Below are positions 18,222-26,634 of a stretch of DNA of 64,000 nt, piece by piece. The DNA is from a virus. Below the pieces are notes generated by a model. That model was given only the letters and a program-made list of their open reading frames with translations. It was not told where the DNA came from and ran no database searches. Location: IMG/VR virus record IMGVR_UViG_3300029343_000516; one strand, given 5' to 3'. The position numbers were made by a program, and so were the translations under genes. The first letter of the stretch is position 1. Each line of letters opens with the position of its first letter.

Positions 18222-18422
18222 TTATTCTCTATATGGTTCAGGACATTTCTGCCACGCAACCACATCTACGGTGCTACCACTTGGTAAAACATCCCATATC
18301 CAATTTCCCTTTGGATATTCATATCTATCAGTTTGTCTTACCTGTCTCCCAAAAGATGTTTCTATTGTTACCAAATACCTTCCTTTTTTCTGTGGTGGAT
18401 TTTTAGTTCCCCATTTTGCCAT
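18222..18422 (-). CDS. hypothetical protein (66 aa)
   Basis: ORF in the array. Confidence 0.4.
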   Translation of the reverse strand: MAKWGTKNPPQKKGRYLVTIETSFGRQVRQTDRYEYPKGNWIWDVLPSGSTVDVVAWQKCPEPYRE

Positions 18423-18432
18423 TTATTTCACC

Positions 18433-19173
18433 TCACATCCATTTATCAATCTCGCTAAACACATTGCCTAGCGAATCAACAATCGTCAGATCCGTATCTT
18501 CATTCATTAACACTTGAATTTTTTCCCTATTGATAATAACCAAATGCCTACCACTGAAATACGAAATATAATTCGCTGCTGGATAAACTTTTAATGAAGT
18601 GCCACCAATAATCAACATTTCAGCATCTCGAATGGCTCTGATTGCCCTATTTACCGCATCATTAGGAAGATTTTCTCCATATAAAGTTACGTCAGGTCTA
18701 ATCAGACCACCACATTCACACTTTGGGATAGCTTCTTTAGTGTTAAACAAGAAATCTGAATGATATTCCATTTTACATTTACTACAATAATTCCTCTGAG
18801 TAGTTCCATGAATTTCAAATACATTCTTACTGCCAGCTTTTTGATGAAGCCCATCAATGTTCTGTGTAACAATAGCCTTCAACTTACCTATTTCTTCCAT
18901 CTTAGCAAGTACCTTATGAGTAATATTTGGCTCAATATTTCTTGTATCCATCTTCTGACGATAGAACTCATAGAATACCTTTGGATTGTTATATAAGCAT
19001 TCTCGACTCAAAAGATACTCTGGCTCGTATCTATCAAACTGAACGTCATGCTGATTATATAACCCATCCTTAGAACGAAAGTCTGGAATACCACTTTCAG
19101 TAGATACACCTGCTCCACCAAAGAATACAATATTATTTGATTCTTCTATATATTCTCTTAATTTTTCGTACAT
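18433..19173 (-). CDS. cobB: NAD-dependent protein deacylase, Sir2/CobB sirtuin family
   Basis: GAGVSTESGIPDFR, TQNIDGLH, HG, a Zn-binding Cys4 (CSKC ... CECGG) and GTSLKVYPAA are all canonical sirtuin motifs. 246 aa. Confidence 0.85.
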   Translation of the reverse strand: MYEKLREYIEESNNIVFFGGAGVSTESGIPDFRSKDGLYNQHDVQFDRYEPEYLLSRECLYNNPKVFYEFYRQKMDTRNIEPNITHKVLAKMEEIGKLKAIVTQNIDGLHQKAGSKNVFEIHGTTQRNYCSKCKMEYHSDFLFNTKEAIPKCECGGLIRPDVTLYGENLPNDAVNRAIRAIRDAEMLIIGGTSLKVYPAANYISYFSGRHLVIINREKIQVLMNEDTDLTIVDSLGNVFSEIDKWM

Positions 19174-19183
19174 AGTTCTTACC

Positions 19184-19435
19184 TCACTCTATCATTTCAA
19201 CTTTAATTCTAAATTTTGTTGTTTCTATATGTTCGCTTTCTTGATAAGGACGATTATAATCAAAGTGCTGATGTTTAACAGTCGCAATCAAGTGAGCATC
19301 ATTGCCAGAAACAAATTTCGTATCTGTCTCATAAGTATCTTCTGAACCATCACCAAGTTTAGAGTCTGTACAATATATCTGATTTGCGTCTAATGCATCT
19401 TGAATAATTCTGTAAATTTCTCCTGTATTATACAT
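19184..19435 (-). CDS. hypothetical protein (83 aa)
   Basis: ORF in the array. Confidence 0.4.
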   Translation of the reverse strand: MYNTGEIYRIIQDALDANQIYCTDSKLGDGSEDTYETDTKFVSGNDAHLIATVKHQHFDYNRPYQESEHIETTKFRIKVEMIE

Positions 19436-19445
19436 AGCTACTCCT

Positions 19446-20834
19446 TTAATACTCTATCCAACCATCTGTAATACCAGTCATCCAATAAATAAGATCTTCT
19501 CTATCATTTTTTAATCTTCCATCTATTACACGAGTTAAGATTTCATTGAGCCAGTATCCAACTTCTTTTCCACTTTTAATGAGCATTGTATCCATTACAT
19601 CTTTTCCATTAACTGCTAAATCCTTTAGAGAAAAACATTCATCGTCCTGTAAAACTTCTTCCAAAATATATCCGATATTGTCAATCTTCTGTAATCTTGT
19701 TTCCTGATTAATGTCTGCTTGTGCTTTAATATCAGCTCTACGAACATTTAATAACCTTCTGAACTGTTCTTCTCCAATTTTATTAAGCCATCTCTTGACA
19801 TATTTCTTCCCCATCTCAAAAGTTGTATCATGATAATAAACAAGCTGCACTACTTTTTCTCTTGTATCATTATCAAAACGAAGTCTTTTCATAATTGTAT
19901 CAGTCATATCAGCACTGACTCTTCCATGACCTTTAAAATGTCTAATACCATCTTCTCCATCCTGATAACAATGTGGTTTTCCTATGTCATGAAAGAACAC
20001 CGCTAATGATGTAATTAAATCTATTGAATTTAAGTCGGGTTCACAATCACATTCATAAGCTTGTACTGCATGTACTGTATGATTCCATACATCATAAATG
20101 TGATATGGATTATTCTGTTGAAAGCCAAGCATATCTTTAATTTCAGGAATGAACAACGAGAATACTTCACGGAATAATCCTATCTGTATATAAAACTCGC
20201 TTGATAATGCAATCTTACAGAACTCACTGTTGATTCTCTCAATAGATATATTCTCTAAATTCTTATACATTTTATGAATATTAAAACTCACATCAGAATC
20301 AACCACAAATCCCAGTTGTGAAGCAAACCGAATAGCACGTAAAATTCTTAAAGCATCTTCCGAAAATCTATCCTCTGCTCTACCAACACATCTGATTTTA
20401 TAATGCTCAATATCTTCCATACCATTAAACGGATTTACAAGACCAACTTCATCATTGTATGCCATCGCATTGATTGTAAAATCTCTACGCTTCAAATCTT
20501 CTTTAAGACTTCGTGTAAATGTTACGCTATCAGGTCTACGACTATCTGAGTAATTACCGTCAATTCTGTAAGTGGTGCATTCATATCCTTCACCGTCAAT
20601 TACAATGGTAATAGTTCCATGTTGTAAACCAGTTTCAATAATTCTCTTGTCCTTGAATACTTCCATCATTTCATCTGGTGTGGCAGAAGTTGTAATGTCG
20701 TAATCGTGAATTGGTCTGCCAAGAATACTATCTCTCACTGCACCACCACATAAAAATGCCTCATATCCATTATTCTGTAAAGTATGAATAATTTCATTTG
20801 CACCAGATGGAATTTCAATTTTCAATTTCTTCAT
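19446..20834 (-). CDS. cca: tRNA nucleotidyltransferase (CCA-adding enzyme) with HD domain
   Basis: Class II nucleotidyltransferase head CGGAVRDSILGRPIHDYDI (GGxVRD...DxD), HD motif FFHDIGKP. 462 aa. Confidence 0.8.
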   Translation of the reverse strand: MKKLKIEIPSGANEIIHTLQNNGYEAFLCGGAVRDSILGRPIHDYDITTSATPDEMMEVFKDKRIIETGLQHGTITIVIDGEGYECTTYRIDGNYSDSRRPDSVTFTRSLKEDLKRRDFTINAMAYNDEVGLVNPFNGMEDIEHYKIRCVGRAEDRFSEDALRILRAIRFASQLGFVVDSDVSFNIHKMYKNLENISIERINSEFCKIALSSEFYIQIGLFREVFSLFIPEIKDMLGFQQNNPYHIYDVWNHTVHAVQAYECDCEPDLNSIDLITSLAVFFHDIGKPHCYQDGEDGIRHFKGHGRVSADMTDTIMKRLRFDNDTREKVVQLVYYHDTTFEMGKKYVKRWLNKIGEEQFRRLLNVRRADIKAQADINQETRLQKIDNIGYILEEVLQDDECFSLKDLAVNGKDVMDTMLIKSGKEVGYWLNEILTRVIDGRLKNDREDLIYWMTGITDGWIEY

Positions 20835-20871
20835 TCAAATTCACCTCAATTTTTGGTATATTTATAAAATA

Positions 20872-21426
20872 TCACTTATTCGTTATCATATCCAAAAACA
20901 ACAAATCATCTTTCTTCAATGTGATATCATAACCTTTCCATTCTTCCATTAGCCCTCTTATATCAAATTTATGCGGAACAATAATTGCATAGCCGTGAGG
21001 AGTCTTATGTACCTCTATCTCTAATAATGGAATTTCCGAATACATAGCTATCTCATGGACAAAATCATTCATCAATAACTCATCATCCACATCAAAATCA
21101 AATAACCACTTGCCATCATCTCTGTTCTGCACTTGCAGTGCAACTGAAGCCAATGTGTGATTGAGACGTGTCATACTCAGTTTATCTCTCAGTAGTCGGA
21201 TAATAAATTCTTCTCTGATTTTATCTTCATTCCTTGAATTGACCGACCTGTATAATCTTGTCTGTTCACCAGGAACTCCTTTGGCTGCAAAACTCTTAAA
21301 TTCTTCAATTATTTTGTCTTCATTCTCTTTATATTCAAGGATTGTTTCAATTCGCCCCTTGAAGTTTGGAACATCTTTATTATCCTTGTTACGAGAACGA
21401 ATTAAATATACATATAAATTTGACAT
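20872..21426 (-). CDS. hypothetical protein (about 184 aa) immediately downstream of tpt1
   Basis: ORF starting MSNLYVYLIRSRN. Its SD GGAGAATAA coincides with the Tpt1 stop. One HxTx-like motif (HKTP), otherwise unassigned. Confidence 0.45.
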   Translation of the reverse strand: MSNLYVYLIRSRNKDNKDVPNFKGRIETILEYKENEDKIIEEFKSFAAKGVPGEQTRLYRSVNSRNEDKIREEFIIRLLRDKLSMTRLNHTLASVALQVQNRDDGKWLFDFDVDDELLMNDFVHEIAMYSEIPLLEIEVHKTPHGYAIIVPHKFDIRGLMEEWKGYDITLKKDDLLFLDMITNK

Positions 21427-21431
21427 TGTAT

Positions 21432-21974
21432 TTATTCTCCTTCTAAATAACAGATTGGTACTTCTTTTGTAAGCCATACACCATTTTGAGATAAAAAGAA
21501 TTTATATCCGTCATTATACATATCTTTTGCTCGAACCTTATAAATAAACGGTTCTCCATGTCTACTGCCAACATTTGTTGCTGTTTCAATATCTTTTGAT
21601 AGATGAACATATAAACGGCTCTTAGAGATTAATCCTTGTTTGTTGATTGAAGAACAATATTTGACACCTGTTCCATGATATAAAATATCTGGTGGCATAC
21701 ACTCTTTTAATTCTACATCAACTTTTATAGAATGACCTTGATTTGCTCTTATAAGCGTCTTTTCTCGATTAAATGAATATCTCTGTTTAGAATCTTCTTC
21801 TACAATTTTCTCAAGCATTTTCATTGTAATCGTCTGAGTTTTATTGATTCCTTTTAATAGATCTGACACGTTAGCCCAACCATGTTTGTCTAATGTGATA
21901 CCGATAACATCAGGTCTGTGTCTAAGAATTAATGCTATGTATTTGCTTAAATTATTTTGCTCTTTATTCGTCAT
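21432..21974 (-). CDS. kptA: RNA 2'-phosphotransferase Tpt1/KptA (NAD+-dependent)
   Basis: LSKYIALILRHRPDVIGITLDKHGWANVSDLL, IRANQGHS, LYHGT, YVHLS and NGVWLT align along the full length with E. coli KptA. Start placed at the internal ATG (MTNKEQ), which has a GGAGA SD. The listed longer ORF begins at TTG. Confidence 0.85.
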   Translation of the reverse strand: MTNKEQNNLSKYIALILRHRPDVIGITLDKHGWANVSDLLKGINKTQTITMKMLEKIVEEDSKQRYSFNREKTLIRANQGHSIKVDVELKECMPPDILYHGTGVKYCSSINKQGLISKSRLYVHLSKDIETATNVGSRHGEPFIYKVRAKDMYNDGYKFFLSQNGVWLTKEVPICYLEGE

Positions 21975-21978
21975 AATG

Positions 21979-22215
21979 TTATCTCCATTCTCCAATATAC
22001 TCAGAACATTCTTTTTTGAATTTTTCCAATATATGTATTAAGCTATCTATTTCATAAGAATCCTTAAATGTTATTTCAATTATTTCAGGCTTAGATATAT
22101 CAATATTGTCAGTAGTGTAGGGCAATGGTTTCATAAAGCAATCAAATCTGACGTTCAACCCTTTATGTGTCAATCTTATTTGATTGACATTTTCTTTATT
22201 TCCAACAACCTTCAA
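21979..22215 (-). CDS. hypothetical protein (78 aa), TTG start with strong SD
   Basis: ORF with SD GGAGGTGA 9 nt before TTG. First gene after palindrome copy C. Confidence 0.4.
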   Translation of the reverse strand: MKVVGNKENVNQIRLTHKGLNVRFDCFMKPLPYTTDNIDISKPEIIEITFKDSYEIDSLIHILEKFKKECSEYIGEWR

Positions 22216-22273
22216 ATAGATTTCACCTCCAAAATTCCATAAGAAATGTGCGTTTCTTTCTAATGCAAAATAT

Positions 22274-22321
22274 ATACCACATATAGTATATATTGCTTAT
22301 TTTTAATACTATATATGGTAT
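22274..22321 (-). terminator. intrinsic terminator / conserved palindromic element, copy C
   Basis: ATACCACATATAGTAT-N16-ATACTATATATGGTAT (15 of 16 bp dyad), 12 nt after the stop of the 22333 gene. Followed on the minus strand by AUAUAUUUUGC. Confidence 0.55.
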
Positions 22322-22332
22322 ATCCATAACAA

Positions 22333-22722
22333 TTATTCACTTAATTCTGCAAGTGCCTTATCCAGATCCTCATCAGACATATTTTCAAGTGCCGCATCCT
22401 GTCTCTTAGCTTTGATTTCAAGCAATCTCTGTCTCATCTCAGCATTTTTCTTAGCATCTTCTCTCTTCTTTTTCTCATCCAGCTTCACGCTAACAATATA
22501 CTTAACAATTTCAATCTTGTTAGAAATCTCCTCGTCTTCCTTTGACTTAGTATTCAGAAGACTCTCTTCCTCAGACTTCTTTACTTCCGCATTGAGTGTC
22601 TTGAATACTGAGTCCAGATTTGTGAGAGATAAATCCCACAAATCAATTACATTAATCATTCCTCTGAATGGGAACTGATAGTTTGCTCTTGTTGCATTAA
22701 TAAATAATTCGTTGTTTGTCAT
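22333..22722 (-). CDS. hypothetical coiled-coil protein (129 aa)
   Basis: ORF; Lys/Glu-rich heptad-like sequence. Confidence 0.45.
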   Translation of the reverse strand: MTNNELFINATRANYQFPFRGMINVIDLWDLSLTNLDSVFKTLNAEVKKSEEESLLNTKSKEDEEISNKIEIVKYIVSVKLDEKKKREDAKKNAEMRQRLLEIKAKRQDAALENMSDEDLDKALAELSE

Positions 22723-22740
22723 AATAATCTCCTTTTCTAA

Positions 22741-24798
22741 TTAAAACTTAATCTTCATTACACGCTCTGTTGCGCCCTTAACCTTAACAACTAAATCTGC
22801 TCTCTTTGTCATAGAGAATCCAATTCCTGAAAGCTGATCATCAGTATCTTCTACATGGCACTTAGCACCTAAAGCCTCAAATACTCTCTTGTGCTTTTCA
22901 AGGTCACTCTTTAAGAACTCATTGTAATAGCCATTAGGATCTTCGCTATTTACACAATCCTTCAGGAAAAAGAATAAATGTCTATGACCAATTCCATCCT
23001 GCTCATCAAAATAATTTGGACTATAACTAATTACTGATACAGGAACAAACTGATTAGTGCTTACACCCCAAATCTCACGACTTGAGATAGATGAACTTCC
23101 AGATAACTTTTCCTTAATTGAGAAGTTGCCATTCTTGTCAAGTGTTACCTCTGCCACCTGAACTTTCTCACCAGTTCTCATAGGATTGCTATAATCAAAT
23201 GAATAAATCTCTCCATTGAACTCAACTTCTGCTCTAAATCCATGTCTTACTGCACCTGAATACTGATGTACAAAGAACTTATAAACACCTGGTTTCATTC
23301 TTGACAGGTCTTCCCAAGTAATATTCTCTACTGCAACCTTTCTATCTGGATGAATAATATCAACGTCTAACTGACCACCCATTCTTGAAACACTTGGCTT
23401 TCTACAATTACTAAAGAAAATTTCATTCTCATCTGGCTCAATACAATGTGCATCAAGGTCGTAATTATCATGACCATCTTCGTTCCACTGAATAGAAAAT
23501 CTGAGTACACCGTCAACATTACCGCCAGCAGCTTTTACATTCTGTTTCATATCAGAATCAGTAATGTTTCCTGAATAAGCCCAAGACAATCCATTATTCC
23601 ACTTGAACATTGTCTTAGCGTCTGGATTAACAGGTGCAACCATAGAAACAAAATTCTTCTCATGCTTATTCTCTACAAAAGCTTCAATTTCTTTTGCGGT
23701 TGGAAGTACCTTATCAATGAAATCCTGTGCTGAAATCTCTTCAACCTTAGAAAACTTCTTAGGACTTACAGCAACATCCTTTTCCATCTGACCAAAAATA
23801 TCATCTGCACCAACCATTCTTCTTGCAGCACTCTTATTTGAGAACAGTACATTATTTACAGTAATATCATTCAGATTAGCAAATCTTCTCTGTAATGAAT
23901 CCATATATCCAAGCTCTGTAATGGTCTTCTTTGCATCCTCAAGCATTTTCTTTGTAAAAATAGCCTTTGGTCTTTTATAGTTGCTCGGTGCTGTAATCTG
24001 CTCATACTTCTTAACTGCTGTGTCAAGATCCATATCCTCACTTACATTAATAAGAAGTGTTCCAATAGAATGATTTCTAATTCTACCGATAGCCATACCT
24101 GCTGTTACCGACTTCTCCCAAGCATATAAATCCTTTTCAGTATCAGAAGTCAGCTTATCATATTCTTTCTTATACTTCTTGAACTCTGTGAGTACACCTT
24201 TCCACTCTTCGCCCTTGTAAAGTGTATTTGAATTGATAAGTTCAAGAATTGTATCGAGTGCATCCATAGTAATTTCATCAAGAGAACGCTTAAATACATT
24301 TCTTGTGTCTCTGAACTGTCCCTTAACTTCCTCGTTTGAACGGCTACTTCTATTTACGAACTTGCTTGGAAGTTCTAAGAAAAAGTGATCCCACTGATGA
24401 GACTTTCCATTGATTTCCTCAAAATTAAAATCTGTACCAATCTTAGGGAACTTAGTTGTATAAATATCTGTAACTGTATGAGCTTTTACGAAAGCATCAA
24501 GTGCATCACATACTGGCTGATATGTTGTATCACCAAGATTCAGTTCCCAAATCGTATGAATCTGGTTATCCTTGATAGTTACAGCAGAACCAATATTCTT
24601 AATAAACTGTCTACAACAACTACAATCATGTTCTCTACGCTCTCTGAAAATCTCATTTGTACCAGCAGGGAAGCTATCAAGATATGTATTCCATAATTCA
24701 TCCTTATCTACATTTACCTCAAATAAATGTGTTGCCTCTTTCTGCATTTCATCGAAGTGCTTCTGTAATGCCTTCTTAAATTTCATAAATCCATCCAT
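22741..24798 (-). CDS. large hypothetical protein (685 aa)
   Basis: Longest ORF in the window. N-terminal HDCSCC cluster. No recognisable catalytic motif. Confidence 0.55.
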   Translation of the reverse strand: MDGFMKFKKALQKHFDEMQKEATHLFEVNVDKDELWNTYLDSFPAGTNEIFRERREHDCSCCRQFIKNIGSAVTIKDNQIHTIWELNLGDTTYQPVCDALDAFVKAHTVTDIYTTKFPKIGTDFNFEEINGKSHQWDHFFLELPSKFVNRSSRSNEEVKGQFRDTRNVFKRSLDEITMDALDTILELINSNTLYKGEEWKGVLTEFKKYKKEYDKLTSDTEKDLYAWEKSVTAGMAIGRIRNHSIGTLLINVSEDMDLDTAVKKYEQITAPSNYKRPKAIFTKKMLEDAKKTITELGYMDSLQRRFANLNDITVNNVLFSNKSAARRMVGADDIFGQMEKDVAVSPKKFSKVEEISAQDFIDKVLPTAKEIEAFVENKHEKNFVSMVAPVNPDAKTMFKWNNGLSWAYSGNITDSDMKQNVKAAGGNVDGVLRFSIQWNEDGHDNYDLDAHCIEPDENEIFFSNCRKPSVSRMGGQLDVDIIHPDRKVAVENITWEDLSRMKPGVYKFFVHQYSGAVRHGFRAEVEFNGEIYSFDYSNPMRTGEKVQVAEVTLDKNGNFSIKEKLSGSSSISSREIWGVSTNQFVPVSVISYSPNYFDEQDGIGHRHLFFFLKDCVNSEDPNGYYNEFLKSDLEKHKRVFEALGAKCHVEDTDDQLSGIGFSMTKRADLVVKVKGATERVMKIKF

Positions 24799-24899
24799 GT
24801 TTTGTACCTCTTCTTTCTTATATTTATTTTTGTTAATTGTTTCTACTATTATATTCTCCGTTTTATAAATTAAAAGGTCTGTTTTATTACCCTTTGAAT

Positions 24900-24929
24900 G
24901 AGTTAGTAGGCTATGACACCTACTAACTC
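24900..24929. terminator. hairpin terminator (11-bp perfect stem GAGTTAGTAGG/CCTACTAACTC)
   Basis: Perfect inverted repeat with an 8-nt loop between the ABC operon and the 685-aa gene. U-rich on the plus-strand side. Confidence 0.45.
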
Positions 24930-24934
24930 TTGAA

Positions 24935-25027
24935 TTATTTATTCTTCTTACGTTTTCCTACAATAAAACCTGCTCCAAAGCATACACCAAGACAGATTAC
25001 GAAAACTCCAATGTTTAATACAATCAT
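24935..25027 (-). CDS. possible 30-aa hydrophobic peptide
   Basis: Unlisted short ORF MIVLNIGVFVICLGVCFGAGFIVGKRKKNK with an AGGTGA SD, directly downstream of the binding-protein gene. Confidence 0.3.
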   Translation of the reverse strand: MIVLNIGVFVICLGVCFGAGFIVGKRKKNK

Positions 25028-25035
25028 ATTGTCAC

Positions 25036-26619
25036 CTACTCAATAATCTTAAATGATACATCTGTTCTTCTATTCATTGCACGATGTTCCTCTGTATCAT
25101 TATCTATTACAGGATTGCTTGAACCGTTACCAACAGTTACGATTCTATCTGCTGAAATACCATTCATAATGAAGTAATTCTTAACAGCTTCCGCTCTCTG
25201 GGCTGATAACTTCTGATTGTACTCGTCCTGCGGATCTGAATTTGGATTAGGATCTGTATTACCAGCAATCTCAATAATTGCTCCATCGAGTACATTTGCA
25301 ATATCAATAAATTTATTAAGCTCCTCGGATGCGGCGGCTGAATCTGTAAACTGGGCTGTATTCTTATTAAATGTTACCGAAGCAGATCCACTTAATAATG
25401 CCTCCGTATCCTGTACTTCCTGCTTATTATCATCTGTTACCTTTACTGTGTCTGTGTTAGATACATCTGTAGCATTAAACTTGTCTGCAATGGCATTAAT
25501 ATATGTATCATCAAAAATTGTATCTACTAAATCAGCATTTACAGTCTCACCAATTGATGTCCAAACATTGCACATATCTGAATAAATAGTCTTTGCTGTG
25601 CCATTTAATAAATCAGAATTGTCTTTCCAAGTTGTGAGTTTTGCAGTAGCTGCACTTCCTGCAATATCTTCATCAGATGCAGTATTGAACATTGGCATTA
25701 CTTCTCTGATTGCTGTAAACTCATTGTCGTACATATCGGATGCTTCAAGAGAACCCTGAACAAATTTCTCTACTATCTCTGGATATGCCTCTGCAAAATT
25801 CTTATCAAATAAAATTCCATCCATTACAAGATTTGTTGAGCTTGCTGTACTAAATAATACATGTGCATCTGTCATATTCTGTGCCTGTGTTAAATAAGGC
25901 TCCCATGTAGCAGCTACATCAACTTGTCCTGCAAAAAATGCTTTTGCTGTATCATCTGCTGTTGAGAATAATACAAGATTATCAATAATATCAGATTTCT
26001 CATCGTCTGATAAATCAGAATTATTAACAAACCAAATAACTAATGTCTGTGCCTCTGAAAACTCAGGGACACCAATTTTTGCACCAACTAAATCTTTTAC
26101 TGAATTAATTGATGATTTGGCAATAATACCATCACCACCATTTGAGTAGTTTGTAATATATGGCATAATTACATCTTCACCAGCTTCTGTAAACTTTTGT
26201 GATAAAAATGCTGTTCTATTGATTGTATAGCCTGCCGCATTTAAATCACCTTTAATAAGGGCGTTGCTTGACTGTGTAGCATCATTAATAACATTGATAT
26301 TTACATTGATACCGAGTTTTCCATAAATAGAATCTGGCTGTGTTGTAAGTCCACCATTAGCGTCAATAATAGATTTCCAGCCAATCCACTCATCTAATGA
26401 AAGATTAATAGTTCCGTCACTATTAGCTTTCTTTTTATTAGAACTAGAAGATGTTGTGCCAGTTACTTTGTTCCCTGCATTACTTATCGAAGTGTTACTC
26501 TTGGTTTTAATTAACCCTGTCTTTACACCAGCGAAAACACCACCACCAATTAATGCAATAACCAAAACCATAATTAAAATTTTTGAAGCTTTGGTAAGTC
26601 TAAATCTTTTTGTACTCAT
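25036..26619 (-). CDS. ABC transporter substrate-binding protein (NMT1/SsuA-like) fused to a C-terminal OmpA-like peptidoglycan-binding domain
   Basis: N-terminal TM anchor and a periplasmic binding-protein-like middle. C-terminal NQKLSAQRAEAVKNYF...RRTDV is the OmpA/MotB signature. 527 aa. Confidence 0.6.
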   Translation of the reverse strand: MSTKRFRLTKASKILIMVLVIALIGGGVFAGVKTGLIKTKSNTSISNAGNKVTGTTSSSSNKKKANSDGTINLSLDEWIGWKSIIDANGGLTTQPDSIYGKLGINVNINVINDATQSSNALIKGDLNAAGYTINRTAFLSQKFTEAGEDVIMPYITNYSNGGDGIIAKSSINSVKDLVGAKIGVPEFSEAQTLVIWFVNNSDLSDDEKSDIIDNLVLFSTADDTAKAFFAGQVDVAATWEPYLTQAQNMTDAHVLFSTASSTNLVMDGILFDKNFAEAYPEIVEKFVQGSLEASDMYDNEFTAIREVMPMFNTASDEDIAGSAATAKLTTWKDNSDLLNGTAKTIYSDMCNVWTSIGETVNADLVDTIFDDTYINAIADKFNATDVSNTDTVKVTDDNKQEVQDTEALLSGSASVTFNKNTAQFTDSAAASEELNKFIDIANVLDGAIIEIAGNTDPNPNSDPQDEYNQKLSAQRAEAVKNYFIMNGISADRIVTVGNGSSNPVIDNDTEEHRAMNRRTDVSFKIIE

Positions 26620-26634
26620 TCCATTCTCTCCTTA

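Noticed and set aside
18433-19173. SIR2-domain NADase defence effector (Thoeris ThsA / DSR-like)
   Set aside because: The protein retains the complete deacylase motif set and the Zn-binding tetrad, and is sirtuin-sized. Defence SIR2 effectors are larger and lack these features.
20872-21477. 2H/LigT cyclic phosphodiesterase assignment for the gene downstream of tpt1
   Set aside because: Only one HxTx motif (HKTP) is present, and it is near the C-terminus. The family requires two, at characteristic spacing. It is kept as hypothetical.
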